64,000 bases of DNA from Takakia lepidozioides (lineage: Eukaryota; Plantae; Bryophyta): the NCBI GenBank assembly GCA_030704615.1, contig CM060732.1:77500001-77564000 (forward strand), in the 5' to 3' direction. Below the pieces are notes generated by a model, which had not been told where the DNA came from, did not search any database, and was given only the letters and a program-made list of their open reading frames with translations. Numbering within the stretch: the stretch's first letter is position 1; each line of letters starts with the position of its first letter. Positions 1 to 15,000 of this stretch are shown in pieces. The position numbers and the translations under genes were made by a program.

Positions 1-3000
1 GGGCTGATAATGCCCTTAATCTTTCAGCAAGCCTCAAATTGTTGACCATGATTTGTACCACTCCTCCATGTATTTCACATGATAACATACCTGTACGCCA
101 ACGTAAGGGTACACCTCTGTAGCCTCCACGTTGTCATTACACGTCGCAACAGTGACCTTCATTACAAACTCCTCATTCTCATCTCTTACTTCTGGAACAA
201 GGAGCACTGGCATGGTTTCCAGCGGTAGCTGGTTATCCAGCTGCATATATTTTACCATCAGCTCCAGCCTACATTCATAAGCAGCATTTATTAACAAGAA
301 TAATATGTTATTTTGTCCACTGGAAACCAAAACCAATGGCCCTCCACAATCAAAGCTTTGATGTATGCAGTAAACCGGATGGCAATGCTATGAAAGAAGA
401 AATGAACTGTTATCAAGAATGGACGTTACATCTTCATAACGTCCAAGGGAAAATCAAACAGTATATGAAAATGGGGCCGCAACAACCAGCCACAACCATA
501 AGACTACAATTCAACAGCGAGAGATTTTCTATAGACAAAACAAATGTTATAATGTCCACAGGGGATCCTGAGGCTCCAGGGTAGAACAAGCAGACAGAAG
601 AAGCATCCAGTGGCAGACAGAGAATGGCTGCACTATAAAGCAGGTGCACACAAACACATTACAAATACCTTAGTGTTTATTTAAGTGGTACCTGCTCACG
701 TTTGCTCCTGAGCCGGATAAGTATGTGAGGTTGACTCTCTCCATGTGCAAGAACAGGATCTCTTGCGGCTTTTGGTCAATCACAGACAAACCTAGGCTCC
801 CAATGTTGAGCACGACCTCAAGCTGTGAAGGGGCATCTGGTTTTGTATCGTGTTCCTGCTGCATAGGCTCAGCTGCTCCCTCAGTGGGCACTGATGACTC
901 TACCTCTTGGGACCCCTCTGTTTCGTGATCTTTCTCAATATATTGATCAAAAATCCGAATCACTTTGATATCTCCAACTTCCAACACACGCACACAGAGA
1001 CTGGTTGTGTTAGTCCCATTGGACATCAAAAGAGGATGGTCACCTGTCTTATTGATGTCATATTTGACACTGCTTGAGTGATTACTGTCATTTTGAACCA
1101 CCTCCAAGCGTTGTTCGCTATGTGCACTTTCCCATGCAAATGATGCCGTGGAGTGTGGCTGCAGTAACTGCCATGCATGCTCATCAAGGGACACTTGGCG
1201 GAACTTTATTTGCTGACCTTTGGTGCGGTTCTCAATCCTGGTATTCCACAAACATCTTCAGCACATTTATCTGACTTCAGATGCATGGTATCCATTGCTA
1301 CACAAACATTTTCCCAGTATTGACATTCTCTACGAAACCCAGAGCATTGGAGAAAGTGGAGAAATAATTGTCCTCTAAAAACAGCCCAGTGTTCTTGACT
1401 GGTTAAGGGTTTCCTGCTTCCACCCTCTCATATTGTTTACTGTGATCACTTGAACGAAAAGAAAAGAGACAAAATGGGCCAGGCTAGCATGTAGAGTAAA
1501 GGTTGACTTCTGCTGAAGCAAGCATAAATTTTGGTGTCACTTCACCCCTGAAGGACTACTGCCTTCTTTTGCAAGTAGATCATGAATGGTTGCAGTAGAA
1601 ATGATCACAGATTATCACCTGTAAGGCCCACGTGAAGAGCCAAGCTGGAAAAGAACCAAAAATCTAGAGCCATCGACATAGCCACGGACATTCACCCGCA
1701 TGCCTTGCCTCATCCCATTCGCATGGCGCACCACAATATGCATGGTCTCTTCCTTTTGAATCGCAAATGGGTATGACCACTGTGACCCTTCTAGTTGAAC
1801 CTGCAGCAATACTGTCATAAGGATAAACCAAAGAGCACGAGACTTCTGTGGAAATATTACGTCCATGGGAACAAAGTGAACCATGGATACCAAAGAACAA
1901 TTCCAACGTCAAACATTTCATGTTGATGCACTGGCTCATGCAGGGAAGTCACTCCAGTCCTCATAATTCAAGGCCTCTGCAGGGACGGCTTGATCTATTA
2001 TATTTTCTGGAGTCTCAATGTAAGTTTCAGTTCAGGTTTTCTGTATAGATCACCTCTTCTGAGGCCTAGTAGACAATGTCCCAGACTCATTCTCAGATTT
2101 TTCTGAAGGCTGTCCTTTAACCAAATCAGGGATTTATGCTCATATACATCACAGACAGCAAACATGTGGCATTGATTTAGAGTATGACACTCAGTAATGG
2201 AGGGACAAGAGAGGTACAGGTGACAGGATGGGAGAGAGATGAGGGTTTACCTGCAGCAGTACTGGGTCACCAACTTCACGAAATGGAAAAGAAACTCTCC
2301 AATCAGAAGGATCAAGGGTATTGGTCTGGTCCACCCCTTCTTGCTTGAGATTGAGAGCTTGACCAAGCCTATTTGTGAAAATCATGTAAGGGCGAACTTG
2401 CACCACCTGCAGTGAAACAAGACACAGAATAATAGTGTTAGCATCCAACTAGTGGCAGCATTTCTTGGCTTGCCAAGGTTAGTGGCTATCTTTGTCAAAG
2501 CTCAACAGTAGCCATTCCAACTGCCTTTCCGATTAGATCACATGACACTCTCAGAATTACTTCGGGTTTGACTCTATGACATTATTTGCAATCTGAAGAC
2601 AGTATTCATTTTCTGAGACACTGTCCGGGGTTCTCTCACCAAAGAGACGCTCTCTTCAAATCTATCAAGGGAATTGTGCCTGTGCCCCTGTTTACCAACT
2701 TTGAAAGTCTCGAGGCTGAGCCAAAAGCCCAGGCCCTCCTGAGGCCTAGTTTTTGGGCAAATCACACACAGCAGATTGATGCTTGTGTGAAGGGATTTCT
2801 AGAGGATATCTGGAAAACCCGGATTAATTCTATATATGGAGGTAAGTCTTACTACCAACGTCAGCCCCTGACAGAGGTAGGTTCTGTCCCTTTTGTTCCC
2901 GCTCAAACTGGGCGCGGGGTCAATGGCCACAAGGCTACGGCAAACAACGTCTTATGAGTACAATCTATGACATTATTTGCAAGGCTGTATTGTATCACAA

Positions 3001-6000
3001 AAGATATTTTTTGTGGGTGGAAAGATAAATTATCTGCACCCCAGGCAAACAAAGCCCCAGATGCGCATACTTCTCTCCAATTTCTCTGTAATGACACATA
3101 TGGTAGGAATTTTGGTGCTATGGGTTATAACAACCATCTGAATAATTATGTTCCTTTGGCAAACGTGATAGAACATGTTGAATCCATGTAGTTCATTGTA
3201 CAGGTACCTTCAGCTTTCTTGCATCAATCATTCATAATAGATGGCTGTGCCCTGATAAATCTTTTTCCCTTTTGGCATTTGAAGGCTTGGGACAGCACTG
3301 TCCAGCTGTTAGGCTCGCATATGGCATTAGTAGCTACTATTAACTCCAGAGCCTACATGTTACAAACTGGAGGTGCTTGAGATACCTTTGTCTGTGGAAA
3401 ATTGAAGGGACATGAGGATGTTGTAAGCAAAAGTCTATTATGCCATCCCTGATCATCAAGCGATATCAGCTCTACAGCTCCGTCCTGTAAAATGCCAGCG
3501 CACTTCTAAGCAGGCCAGATAAAATCTGTAGACAATCAAAATGGAAGTTCCTTGACATGGTTTGGCAAGCTTAAATACAGATATTACTGATGCGAACTCC
3601 TAATTTCTGGCTGGACTTCCAAGTTCCAGCTCCACTAAGTTCCTCATATTATACTGCCAATAGGTACAGTTTTCCTCGGTCCCACGTACCAAGTCATCAA
3701 GGGGAAGAAGGGAAGCAACAGGCCCAAATTGCTTGTGATTGCTGCCAGCCCAAGCCACAGACAGCCCCATAGTCTTGCAATCAAATCCAGAAAGCATCAT
3801 TGGACAATTGTCCATCTCTTCTCCATCAATCTCCTCCAATGTGTTCTTTAACTTCAATCCTTGAGATGGTCGTGTGTCTCCACTTTCCCTGGACTTTTTG
3901 TCTTTTGGGGGTTCAACTCCCACAAGCTTGTATTTCAGAGGTGGGCAACCCTGGCTATCAAGCCAGCATGGCACATATAGCTGGACAACCTTAGCAGTGA
4001 TCCCTTTCCCTCTGTTATCTTGTTGGATAAGAATCTTCACTTCTCTGTTACCATGACAAAATCAACAAAAGAAATCAACTGTGGTCATTGAATCGAACTT
4101 AGATGCATGTCACAGCAGCCCTACTTGTGGGCAAAACATCTCAAGCTCACAGTATCTTACTGGAAAGGATCTCATATAATGCGCCCACTCAGTAGATAGC
4201 AAAATTGGGATTTTTCAACTACACTTGCGACTCCCAAGTCAAGAATGTCTTTGTCCTTCTGTCAGTTACTCCAAGCCTACAGTCGTGTTTCAGTCAAACA
4301 AGTAGGAATGGCTTCACTTCACCAAAACATCCTGAATAGTTACTGCAGAACAAAACCCTATAGCAACAGTTCTCCAAAGAGGATCCATCAGTTTGCTCTG
4401 AAGATGGTGTGCGTCCTCCAGAAATAGGGTCAGGTGTGTCACCTGCCAGTTAGTGAGTTACTGACAGTGATGTACGATGCAGACTCTTTCTGCGGGTGGG
4501 AGATCAAAACTGCATCCTTTACACCACAACATACACAATCATTTAGTAGAAGTTTGAATTGCACAGATCTTCTTTCAGACTTCTAGGGCTATGATCCAAC
4601 AGTTATTACTATTGTCTAGAAGCCAAAAGTAATCAATAATATCTGAGAAGCTTATGCAGTATGACAGACAGGTGTCAAAGTCAAATCAGGTCTAAAATGT
4701 TACTAAGAAACCATCATCAAGCTTTCTTCACCGATCCCCCGTAGTATCCCAGGAGATCTGATGCACTTTCCACATAGCATTCATATCACATACTATTTGC
4801 TGCCACAAAATCTCTTAGTGAAGATAACTGTAGTATAGAGCGAAGAGAGATCTAACCTTTTTAGGATGCCAACCACCCTGTGGAGTCCATGTGAGATGGA
4901 TGGGCTGGCGGAGGTCAGCATGGAAAATGTATGCTGTCTCACCAGGATTGACCACTCCAACCTCCTTTATCAAGCGTTCCCTGCCAGAAGAATTTTCCGA
5001 GACAGAGAATTCGCATGGCATGGGCAAGAGGTTGACAAGCATTAGGGGAGCGGTTATGGTTAGCTGCCAGTCTTTGATTGGCTGCAACTGGGACCTCTTC
5101 CCAATCTCTGTTGATTTTGATTCCAAACAATACCAAACATCTTCTTCATGAGTGGCACTATCCGTTGTTTCAACTGCGCAGCATAAAAGCTCTTCAGTTT
5201 CTGTGAGGTCTCGAACTCTAAACTCCTTCATGGGTAGCTGTCTTCTACCTATCTCTAGGCGTCCCTTGTATGTCACCACTTGGCTCCAGTCATGGACAAG
5301 GTTTTCTGAGCATGGTCTGACCTGCAGGCAATGATTGACACATAATATAAACAAATTCGTCAGGCACTGCAGAACCAGACCAGGTTTTTGTGTGAGAAAT
5401 GAAATTACACATTATTGAAAGCTCAAGATTTGAAAGGAATGAAATGGTACTTTAGAAATGAAATAAATTGATACTTTATGATGTCCGCGGAAAGCTGAAA
5501 GAGCTTATGGGACAAAATGGAAAAGAACACACACAGAAGAGATTGTACTCATAAGACGTTTGCCGTAGCCTTGTGGCCATTGACCCCGCGCCCAGTTTGA
5601 GCGGGAACAAAAGGGACAGAACCTACCTCTGTCAGGGGCTGACGTTGGTAGTAAGACTTACCTCCATATATAGAATTAATCCGGGTTTTCCAGATATCCT
5701 CTAGAAATCCCTTCACACAAGCATCAATCTGCTGTGTGTGATTTGCCCAAAAACTAGGCCTCGGGAGGGCCTGGGCTTTTGGCTCAGCCTCGAGACTTTC
5801 AAAGTTGGTAAACAGGGGTACAGGCACAATACCCTTAATAGATTTGAAGAGAGCGTCTCTTTGGTGAGAGAACCCCGGACAGTGTATCAGAAAATGAATA
5901 CTGTCTTCAGATTGCCCACACAACGGGGAATTGCACTCTCCCTTTCCAAGATGTCCTCCCCCATGTCACAGACTGGAAACAAGTTCAGGGAAGTTTTCTG

Positions 6001-9000
6001 CCTAACTTCATCTTCATCAGACAATCTCATGGCAACAGACATGCCTGAGGACACTACAGCCTCTAAGTCAGATTTATCCAGCAGGGTCAAGACTTGCGGA
6101 TCCAGGTCCAGGTCCTTGAGGATCTCTTCTACTCTCTTCTGCCAGGACTTAGCCTGTTTGACAGGGCGGTCCTGTTTCCAAGATATAGAGTCGATTAACT
6201 TAGGATATCTGGTGTTGGGCATATGTTGCAGCTGACCCCACCATCTGACCTTGAATTCATCTCGTCGGGAGCTTAAGGACGGAATGCCAAACTCACCCTG
6301 AACAGCCACATTGGCTGTTTTGGAGCATGCTGACATACACTCCTTAAGCACCCCCACTTGAATGGATTCTAGAGACCTAGCCTGGTTGGAGTTATCAACC
6401 CATATAGCAGATCCGTACTCCAAGGCAGGTCTAATAACGCGACAAAGCATGGTTTTCTTAACCTCAGAGTTGACCCCTCTGCAGTGGAAAAATTTAGTGA
6501 GAAGAGAAATGAAATGAAATGGTGCTTTATAACGTCCGCGGAAAGCTCCTAGAGCTTATGGGACAAAATGGAAGAAAACATGAGAGAGGAACAAATCCAG
6601 AAACCACAATTAATGTTCTAGCGATTGTCTAAGGGTGAAGGCCTCTTGTAGGTAGGCTGCCAAGCATTTTTTATCCTCATAGTGAAAGACATCAGTGAGA
6701 GTTTGGGTTCCACTGAATAAACAGTGGAATCTCCCACGGATCTCGTAGTATAGAGGGCAGTAGAAGAAGAAGAGAGACAGAAGAGAGACAAAACCAGAGC
6801 CAAAAAGCAGCCCAAAAAAACAATAACTTTATGTGTACAAAGAGGGTCATAAGGGCACACGGGTCAATTGTTGCCTGGAGAAGAAGTACCTCAAGCAGGT
6901 AGGCTGCCAGGTACTTCGGAAACTAAGCTGAAGTTCTCCACCATTGAGTGAGAAGAAAAGGTAACTCTACTATGTTCCCAAACATAACATCCCAATCTAT
7001 TTTATGCAGCTCAACCTTTATAAGAAATCTCTACTATAATATATGAGGGTACTGACAGAAAGCATGTACTTGGATAACAGCAGATTCAACAGTCTTATAC
7101 ACATGAGACGAAGATGGAGACAGCTCTTAACAAGCATTGACCCTCACCTGTACACAGTAATCAAGGCTCCCCATGTGCAAGCTTTCAAGTGGGCATGGGA
7201 CACTACATTCAGGCTCCAACTTGCCAAGATAAAGATAATCGCTTTTTTCTTTGTCTATGCATTCCCTTGACCGAACCCAGCGGCGGCGACGAATGAAACT
7301 CATAGCATTTTCTGAGGGATGCGCTGGGGGCCACTTCTTCAACGTCTGGAAATCAAATGCATATGCCCATCCATGTTCATCTACTGGACCCACTTTATCG
7401 ACATGCCAATCAGTTCTCCACTCCCAGCCTGGTGGTGCTTGCACCTCTGGAAAATCCTGTGTTTCAAGTACCTCAATAAGTTAGCTGATATTTCTTGTGT
7501 CAAAAAAATTCACAATCTCCTGAATCACTGTACATTAATTCTGCTTGACACATAATGAGTGCATCTGGCTGTGTCTGATTTCCCTAAAGGAGTTTGTCTG
7601 CAAAAACGTCCTAGGTGTGATGTATGATCTATTTAAAATATGGTAATACGCCCAATTCCTCGCCAAAGTCAACTCTTACTGTTGCATTGTGAGTGGTGCC
7701 ATGATGTGCTGCAAAGATTGAACTGATATGCTCAGTGATCTGGTCTCTAGAGTTATTTATGATCATCCCAATGAAACTAATCTCAATTCTTGAAAATCAA
7801 GACCATGCTGCATACATTGATGTTTTACAACTCACTTTGTAACTTGCTGTTCTACATAATTATGACTAAGCAGTTTCTTGTAGCTTCATGCCACTGTTGC
7901 TTTGTGCATCAACATTGACAGCTATGCATCTATGACTGCTACAACTATTGTGGTTACAGTACGATTGAGCCACTTTTGAAGGAGTTGCTGACAGAAGCCA
8001 GGAAAAAATACCTGTGAAGAATCAGACAAGTCCAGCTTACACCAATGGCCCGGATCAGTGGGTAAAAGGTGACCAGGCTGTTTGCTTCCCCACCCTGAAG
8101 TAGGTTGAAGACGTTCGTTCTCAAAAACCTCCTCTTCTACAAATGCTCCTTTGGAGACAACTGAGTCCTCAGCAGCGCCAGCTCCTGATTTATCCAAGAG
8201 GAAGTCTGGGCACAGTCGTACCTCAAGGAAGAAATCAGTTCCATTGTGAATTGTGACTGTACTTCGGATGATAAGATGCTTAATACCTCCTTCAACAATA
8301 ATCTTGCTGGCTACAACATCATCACCCAAAAACCACGGGACAGGACCCAACCCGTAGTTAAAGCCCACTTGATTCCAGGGCCCCTTTTCTATTGGTGCCA
8401 CCTCAATTGCCCCCACTTTGTGACCTTCTTTCTCCTGGCCTGCTTGACCATCCGCTGTTATGTCTTGGTCTCCAGTAAAAGCGAAGAAGTGTTCAGTAAA
8501 GTTGATCGTCCCACAGTCTCGTCCTTTCTCCTCATCTTTCTCCTGATTTTTCTGCAATAGAAAATGGTATCAATATCAGTGTTAATGCCAGTTCAAGATA
8601 TGCCTGTTCAAATGCAGGTTTGGAGGCATTCCTGTACCTTTTCTTTCCTAGATCTGTCCACAATAATGAAGCTAAAATGACAGTATTTTTCAATAATCAG
8701 GTTAAGGGCCCAGGAATAGGATAGAACCATCTTGAGGTCAGATCACATCTTTTACTTATTTGTTCATTCACCAAGTTCAGCACAAAATTATAAATCATTT
8801 CCACAAAGAATTGCCGAGCACTTGGCACCAATTGTCCTGCAAACTGAGTGACAATCAGCAAATGTGCAGTTCTATCAGGAGACATTGGTCCTCCGTGATG
8901 AGAGAATGTTACAGCCCAAATACCGAGAGAGCCAATCTCTCACAGAGGTCTTCCATTACATCCATCCAAAATGCTTGGTAGCATACCTACATGACATGTT

Positions 9001-12000
9001 GGCTCTTAAGCAATCCCTTGATCACAGTTATTTTGAGGCTGCTTGTTGAGGGCCCCTCTCTTTCTTGTTTCCTGCTGCCTATTTTCCCATAAGCTCTTTG
9101 AGCTTTCTGTGGACGTTAGCAAGTACCATTTCATTTACCTTCTCCGCAGATTAATTTGCTATGGCCTTCATTCATGGACTGATCCAGAAAGACTGTGTTT
9201 TGAATCAACCTCTACTCTCTTTTGGTGAAAATCTCTATCAACCAGAAGCTTCCTCATATGGATCTCCGAAAATTCATATCAAAGATTTTCAGACTCGGGA
9301 AAATTCACTTGCACAATTCAAAAAACTCTCTTGATGAACTTGGAAATGGTGTGACTTATCATGCAGCCAAAATGCTACACTGCAGGGCAACACACCAAGA
9401 TGATAGTTCATACCTGTCGTCCGCGTGGAGGGTCAAGTTTCTGTGACTTTAATTCCAGTGATGACCATGGAATTGGACCATCCTTCTCAATGTTGTATTG
9501 AACTGCTTGAGAGCTTTCAGACAGGAGGATGGAACAATAACCCACAGGAGCACCTGCCATCCCCTAGTAACAATAAGGTAGACTAAACTTTGCTGTGATC
9601 TAGCAGTAGAGTGTTCTTGTTTGCTACTGGAATGCGCTAGTTTTGAAGTCACACTCAAATCTGCTTTGACCTAGGAATGGACAATGTAGTCCTTTAGGCC
9701 CTTGAACTTCCTGCAGATGTAATGATATCTTTCCATTGTAGACAATCTCTTGATCAAAAGTTTCCATTATGAGGACCGGAAATGCTTAGCAGCATATCTG
9801 TCTGAGGTGTTGGCTTGTAGACAATCCCTTGAACAATAGTTGTTTTTGGGCTGCTTGTGCAGGGCCCCTCCCTCTTTCTTTTATGTCCCATAAGCTCTTT
9901 GAGCTTTCCGCGGATGTTATAAAGTACCATTGTATTTGATTTCATTTCTTGTTTCGTGCTCTCTCTTGAGCTCCGTGGGAGATTCCACTGTTTATTCAGT
10001 GGAACCCAAACTCTCACTGATGTCTTTCACTATGAGGATCAAAAATGCTTGGCTGCCTACCTACACGAGGCCTTCACCCTTAGACAATCGCTAGAACATT
10101 AATTGTGGTTTCTGGCTTTGTTCCTCTCTCATGTTTTCTTCCATTTTGTCCCATAAGCTCTATGAGCTTTCCGCGGACATTATAAAGCACCATTTCATTT
10201 CATTTCATTTCTTGTCCCATAATCTCTTTGGGCTTTCCGTTGACGTTATGTAGTATCATTTCATTCCTCATTTCACTACAGTATATATGACTGACATCAA
10301 ATAAAGCTGTATACCTGTCCAGAGAAAAGTATGACGATGATGTGAGAATGGCTACACGTCCAAGGGTTCTTTACAGCTTTTTCAAATTAAGACGGTATGA
10401 CTAGATCCATCTGGTAGTGAGCAGGATCAGTAAGAGCAGTAAGTCCTAAGAACCATAACTTGCAGATTGCAGATGTGCTCATTGCACCAGCACAAAGCAA
10501 AAGTAACTCCAACGGTTCAGCCATATACCTCTGGCTAAATCGGTCACGATGATTTCAGCATTGTTGACATCCTGCACCAATGGCAAACATTGTGCTTAGT
10601 CTCTAGGGAATGCAGGACAGTCAACTTTACCCAGAGCTGATACAGGTCTTTTCTCTAAAAGACAACTGACTGAGCTTCTAAACAATACTGCTTCGCAAAT
10701 ACAGATTCCCCATACCTGTATGCAGAGCATAACTTATCGTACAAACAGCTTGTCAGAGATCATACAGCATACTAGGTTGTCCTGGGAGTTCATTCTCCAG
10801 ACCTACAACATCTGTCTGTTTGTGGTTTTACTATATGTTAGGAAACCAATTCATCATACTCTTGAGCCAGTACTTGAGATGGTTCAAATGCTTCTCATTC
10901 CAATATTACTAAATCTGGATGGTTATACATTTATAGATACTCTTTTCAGAGTGTGCCCACCTCAACTTCATCACTTACCCCCGATTGAACCTCAAAGACA
11001 AAAACCTCATTCCAAAGTGCGGACACTCGGCCCCGAGAGGAATCATCATCCGGATTTACACAACGGGTTCGTGCACTCTGGTACTGCGTTTGCCTGTTAG
11101 CAGAGCTTGAACTGGCTGGCACAATGCGAATCGCTGCCATATACTCCCGACCTCCAATACCCTTGTCCTCAGGCAACTGAGCACATGCTATAGTCAAAAA
11201 ATATCCCCAAGACCCAGAAGAATCTCGAAACCTCAAGCACAGTGCAAGTAAAACACCTAGCAGTCCACACCCAAACCTTGGACAGTATACCAAAACAAGT
11301 CGTGAAGGCACCAAAGAGGAATGGTACCATCCCTCCACCTATTTGACGCAAGTGGTCATCTAGACACACTAGAGAGTCCTATATGCAAGCAGCCACCATC
11401 TGTTTACTTGCATCCATGCCCCACATAGCAAGCTTCTATGTGACGAAACAATACCTGTGCGCTCTCGATCCGTAGTGCCATGAATTTTACAGCACGCTGC
11501 CTTAGTGATTCCTTTGCGGTAGCATCTGGCATCCTATGCACAGTGGGCAGTTTTATTGATGCTACCCCTCCAGGTGGCAGGGGAGCAACTCTGGTCTGAC
11601 CATTAGAATCGATTGTCCGGAGGTAAAGTTGCTCTCCAAGCTCATTGTGACTAACCATGTAGAAGCTCTCATGGCTCTCAGAGTCCATTGGGTCCTTCTT
11701 TGTGGTAACTCCTGATGGCTTGTTGCTGATGGCTCGCTGACTACCCCTTTGGTTCTGCAATAATTCCAGGGTCTTTTGTTAGGCTTCAGACTTCCTACAT
11801 ATCACAAAAATGTCCCAAGAACCTGAAGATACACAGCTGAGATAGCTACTGTAAAACACCTACTTGAAAGTCAAACTTTTCAAGCTAATGCCAGTAGCAC
11901 AAAAACTTAAGACTTATTTGCAATGACTTGATTTTAAGGCATTCAAAACAATGTCAAATCTCTTTTTCCACCTTCCTCTCTTGGAACTTTGGAGAAAAGA

Positions 12001-15000
12001 AGTGAGGCCAATTCTGAAGGCTTCCAACCTACCTATATCAAACTATTATGCTCTGCAAATAACAAACATGATTTAGTGAAATTGTTGGAACTACTAAGTA
12101 CCGAGCACCCGTAGGGTAAACACATGTAATTAACCTGAGAAAGCTGCTTCTTGGAGTCCTTCTTGGAGTCCTTCTCAATGTGACTCAACTCTGTCCAGTT
12201 GGCATATGCTTCCAAAAACATGTTTACATTGGTTGTGGATACATTCACATTAAAGCCACTTGTGGCATTAACACGAACTCGTGAAACTGTTGGAAGAGCC
12301 TTGCCATTGGCATTGCTAATGTACTCATATCTGCAGACAAAACAGTAAATATTTAGACTATAGGGATGCTTGGGTTTCTGCTCCTACACAATGGCCAGAG
12401 TTGATCAAAGAGCCCACCCCACCGAATGCTGCCAGAATTAAAGCATGCACGAGTTTACAGACAGACCTGACAAAGGCATCACAGGACTCAATTAGAGGCT
12501 CCCAAACACCATATTTTCCATTGTAAGTTGCAGCCGAAAGTGAGAAGCGGGTGGTCATGCATAGTGCTTCCATTCTCCCATGTAGACTTGATTGGATATC
12601 TCTTACCGAGAAGTCTAACAATGGAGCCATCTGCAAACAATCAAACCGTCCACCTGTTTTAAAACAACCTTGTGGGATTCCAGATGTTCACCACTTCAGA
12701 ACTCATTCAGATGAGAAATATGCTTTCAAATCAAGAACCTTGAATGTATGAAATTATGTTTTCCAGTTTCATATTGCTCTAGATATGTCTAAGAGCGTCC
12801 AATAGAGTCCAAGACACTATCCACAAACAATCGTGAGTTGTATTCACTATATCCTGCATAGCTACTACGTGAAAGGGTGGCACACTGAGATATTGCACTA
12901 TCAGTTAAGTGTCCTTGTGCGAATTGGGTTGCTTACCAGACCCCCGAAATCATCAAAGAAAGTTGCTGAGATGTGCTTTACTTCGGCATCAATTGTCAAG
13001 TTGTCATGTGCAGCAGGTTTTCTCAGATTAGCCAGACCAAGTGCCAGCTGCTTTGGAGGGCATTCAAGACCACTCCTCACAAGGAAGGTATGGACCTGGA
13101 GAGAAACACCCAGCCAACCCCATCACCCCAACAACCATTTCATAAATTTCCAGATTATGTGGCATATACAATGTGCATCATCTCTGACTTAATCTACTTC
13201 TTTACCAGCTTAAAACCTCATGCTGTTAGCATTAGTACACACTAGAAAGAAAACAACTTTAAGAGTATTATGCAGCCTGCTAAATGAGCCGCAGTTCTAT
13301 GACACTTACATCATTTTCAACTGGCCATATACTCAGCTCTTGGTTCCCACGCGTGAGATGCGCACTGTCCCATATATGTTGATTCATAAAATTGGCGCTG
13401 GTCACAAGGTCATCCCGCACACAGCACACAATATCAGCCCCGTCCATCTGAGGGGCAGAGGTCCTGCTGGCAATACATCCAATGGAGACATAGCCTGGTG
13501 GTGCCACTGGCTGCCAGAATGAAACACCCTCCATCCTCTTCTTCTTGGAGATCTGGCCTTGTTCCTGAAATCGGATCGGCTTGCTTAGAAGACCTCCCTC
13601 CTGGGTGTCATGTAAAACTATACCTGCACGTGGAGGCTCGTAACTGCAAAACGCGAAAGACTATCCATGAGTGCATGATCTTAGTGTACACCCATTTGCC
13701 CGCTAGGACTTCAAATAATTTTGGCAATTTTGTTCCATGTGGTAGGATTAATGGGCAAGCTACTCATACCCCAACTCTGATGAAATGTGAAAGCCATCTG
13801 TTAAAACATTGGGAACAGTGTGCGAGCAGAAAATGTTCTGACAGTCAATAATGCCAAACATTTCATTGACAAAAGTGCCCAAAAAATCTTGTCTAGCGCA
13901 ACTGTACACTGCTTCTGCAGATGGAAGGAAGAACTATCCTAATGACTACGAGCCTTAAATGGAGCCTACGAGCCTACTTAAATGGAGGAGATTAATGTTC
14001 ATACCCCTTCATTGCCAAATCGCCCAGGATTAGACACCCAGATGAAACAATTGGCCGCCAGATAGAAACTCCATCCCTTGAACCGCTACCCTTGTCCCAC
14101 CAGATCAGCCTGAAGCGTACCACAGTTTCATAGATCTGTGTTGATGAAATTGATCCAGATGCCTCCTGCTCTGTCCCTGAATTCTCATTCATAGAAGACA
14201 CACGACTAGGCAGTCTCGATGATGGTTTTGAGAGTGCGGAAGGCATCGTCTCGTGCACGCGGTATAAGCCATAGCTAGAAATGACATGGCGCAGCTCATA
14301 AGCCTTGCATTTGGTCGAAGAATGAGGGCCTTGTTGCGCAAAAAAGGAGCTCGTGGAATTGTCAATTCGCCAAAAGGCCCACTTACTTACATCTCTGTGT
14401 TTCTCCCTGCAATTAAAACGGGAAAAAAATTAAACTTCATCTCCACTTTTAGTGTGATTTGTGAAATCTCCCAGAACACGTAAGTAGTTATCCCAGAAGA
14501 CGTAAGTAGTTAAGGCAGATGCAACAATTGGAACAGAATGAACCGCCCCTTTGAAAGGAAGCTGATATATTTACAAGAAGTTTGTATATCTGTCTGAATA
14601 ATGAGGGGACACTGGGCTTGAGGACCTGTGGGACAAACTAGATAGAAATACAATTTCCTACATAATGCTTGAACAGGACAATCTTAATGAGGCAATTGCC
14701 TCCTGATTGCAACTTACAGATGCTGGCCGGTGATATAAATACAGTCCCGCATGGAGCAAGGTGTCACGAGGGCAGCCAACACACACATAGATGTGTTAGT
14801 GGGGGGAGGGTTTCGCCCTCTGCAAGCCACGCAACCAAGTGCCACATATCCTGGGGGTGGCACTGGCAACCACACACAACACTCACGTGGATCTTGACCA
14901 TCCTCATCTGATGAACTGTGTTTGTTGCTCCCGTTTTTTTCTGCACCTTTGTTGGCGTGATCACCAGATTTGTTTGACTGGTTGTTAGAAAAAGAGGAGT

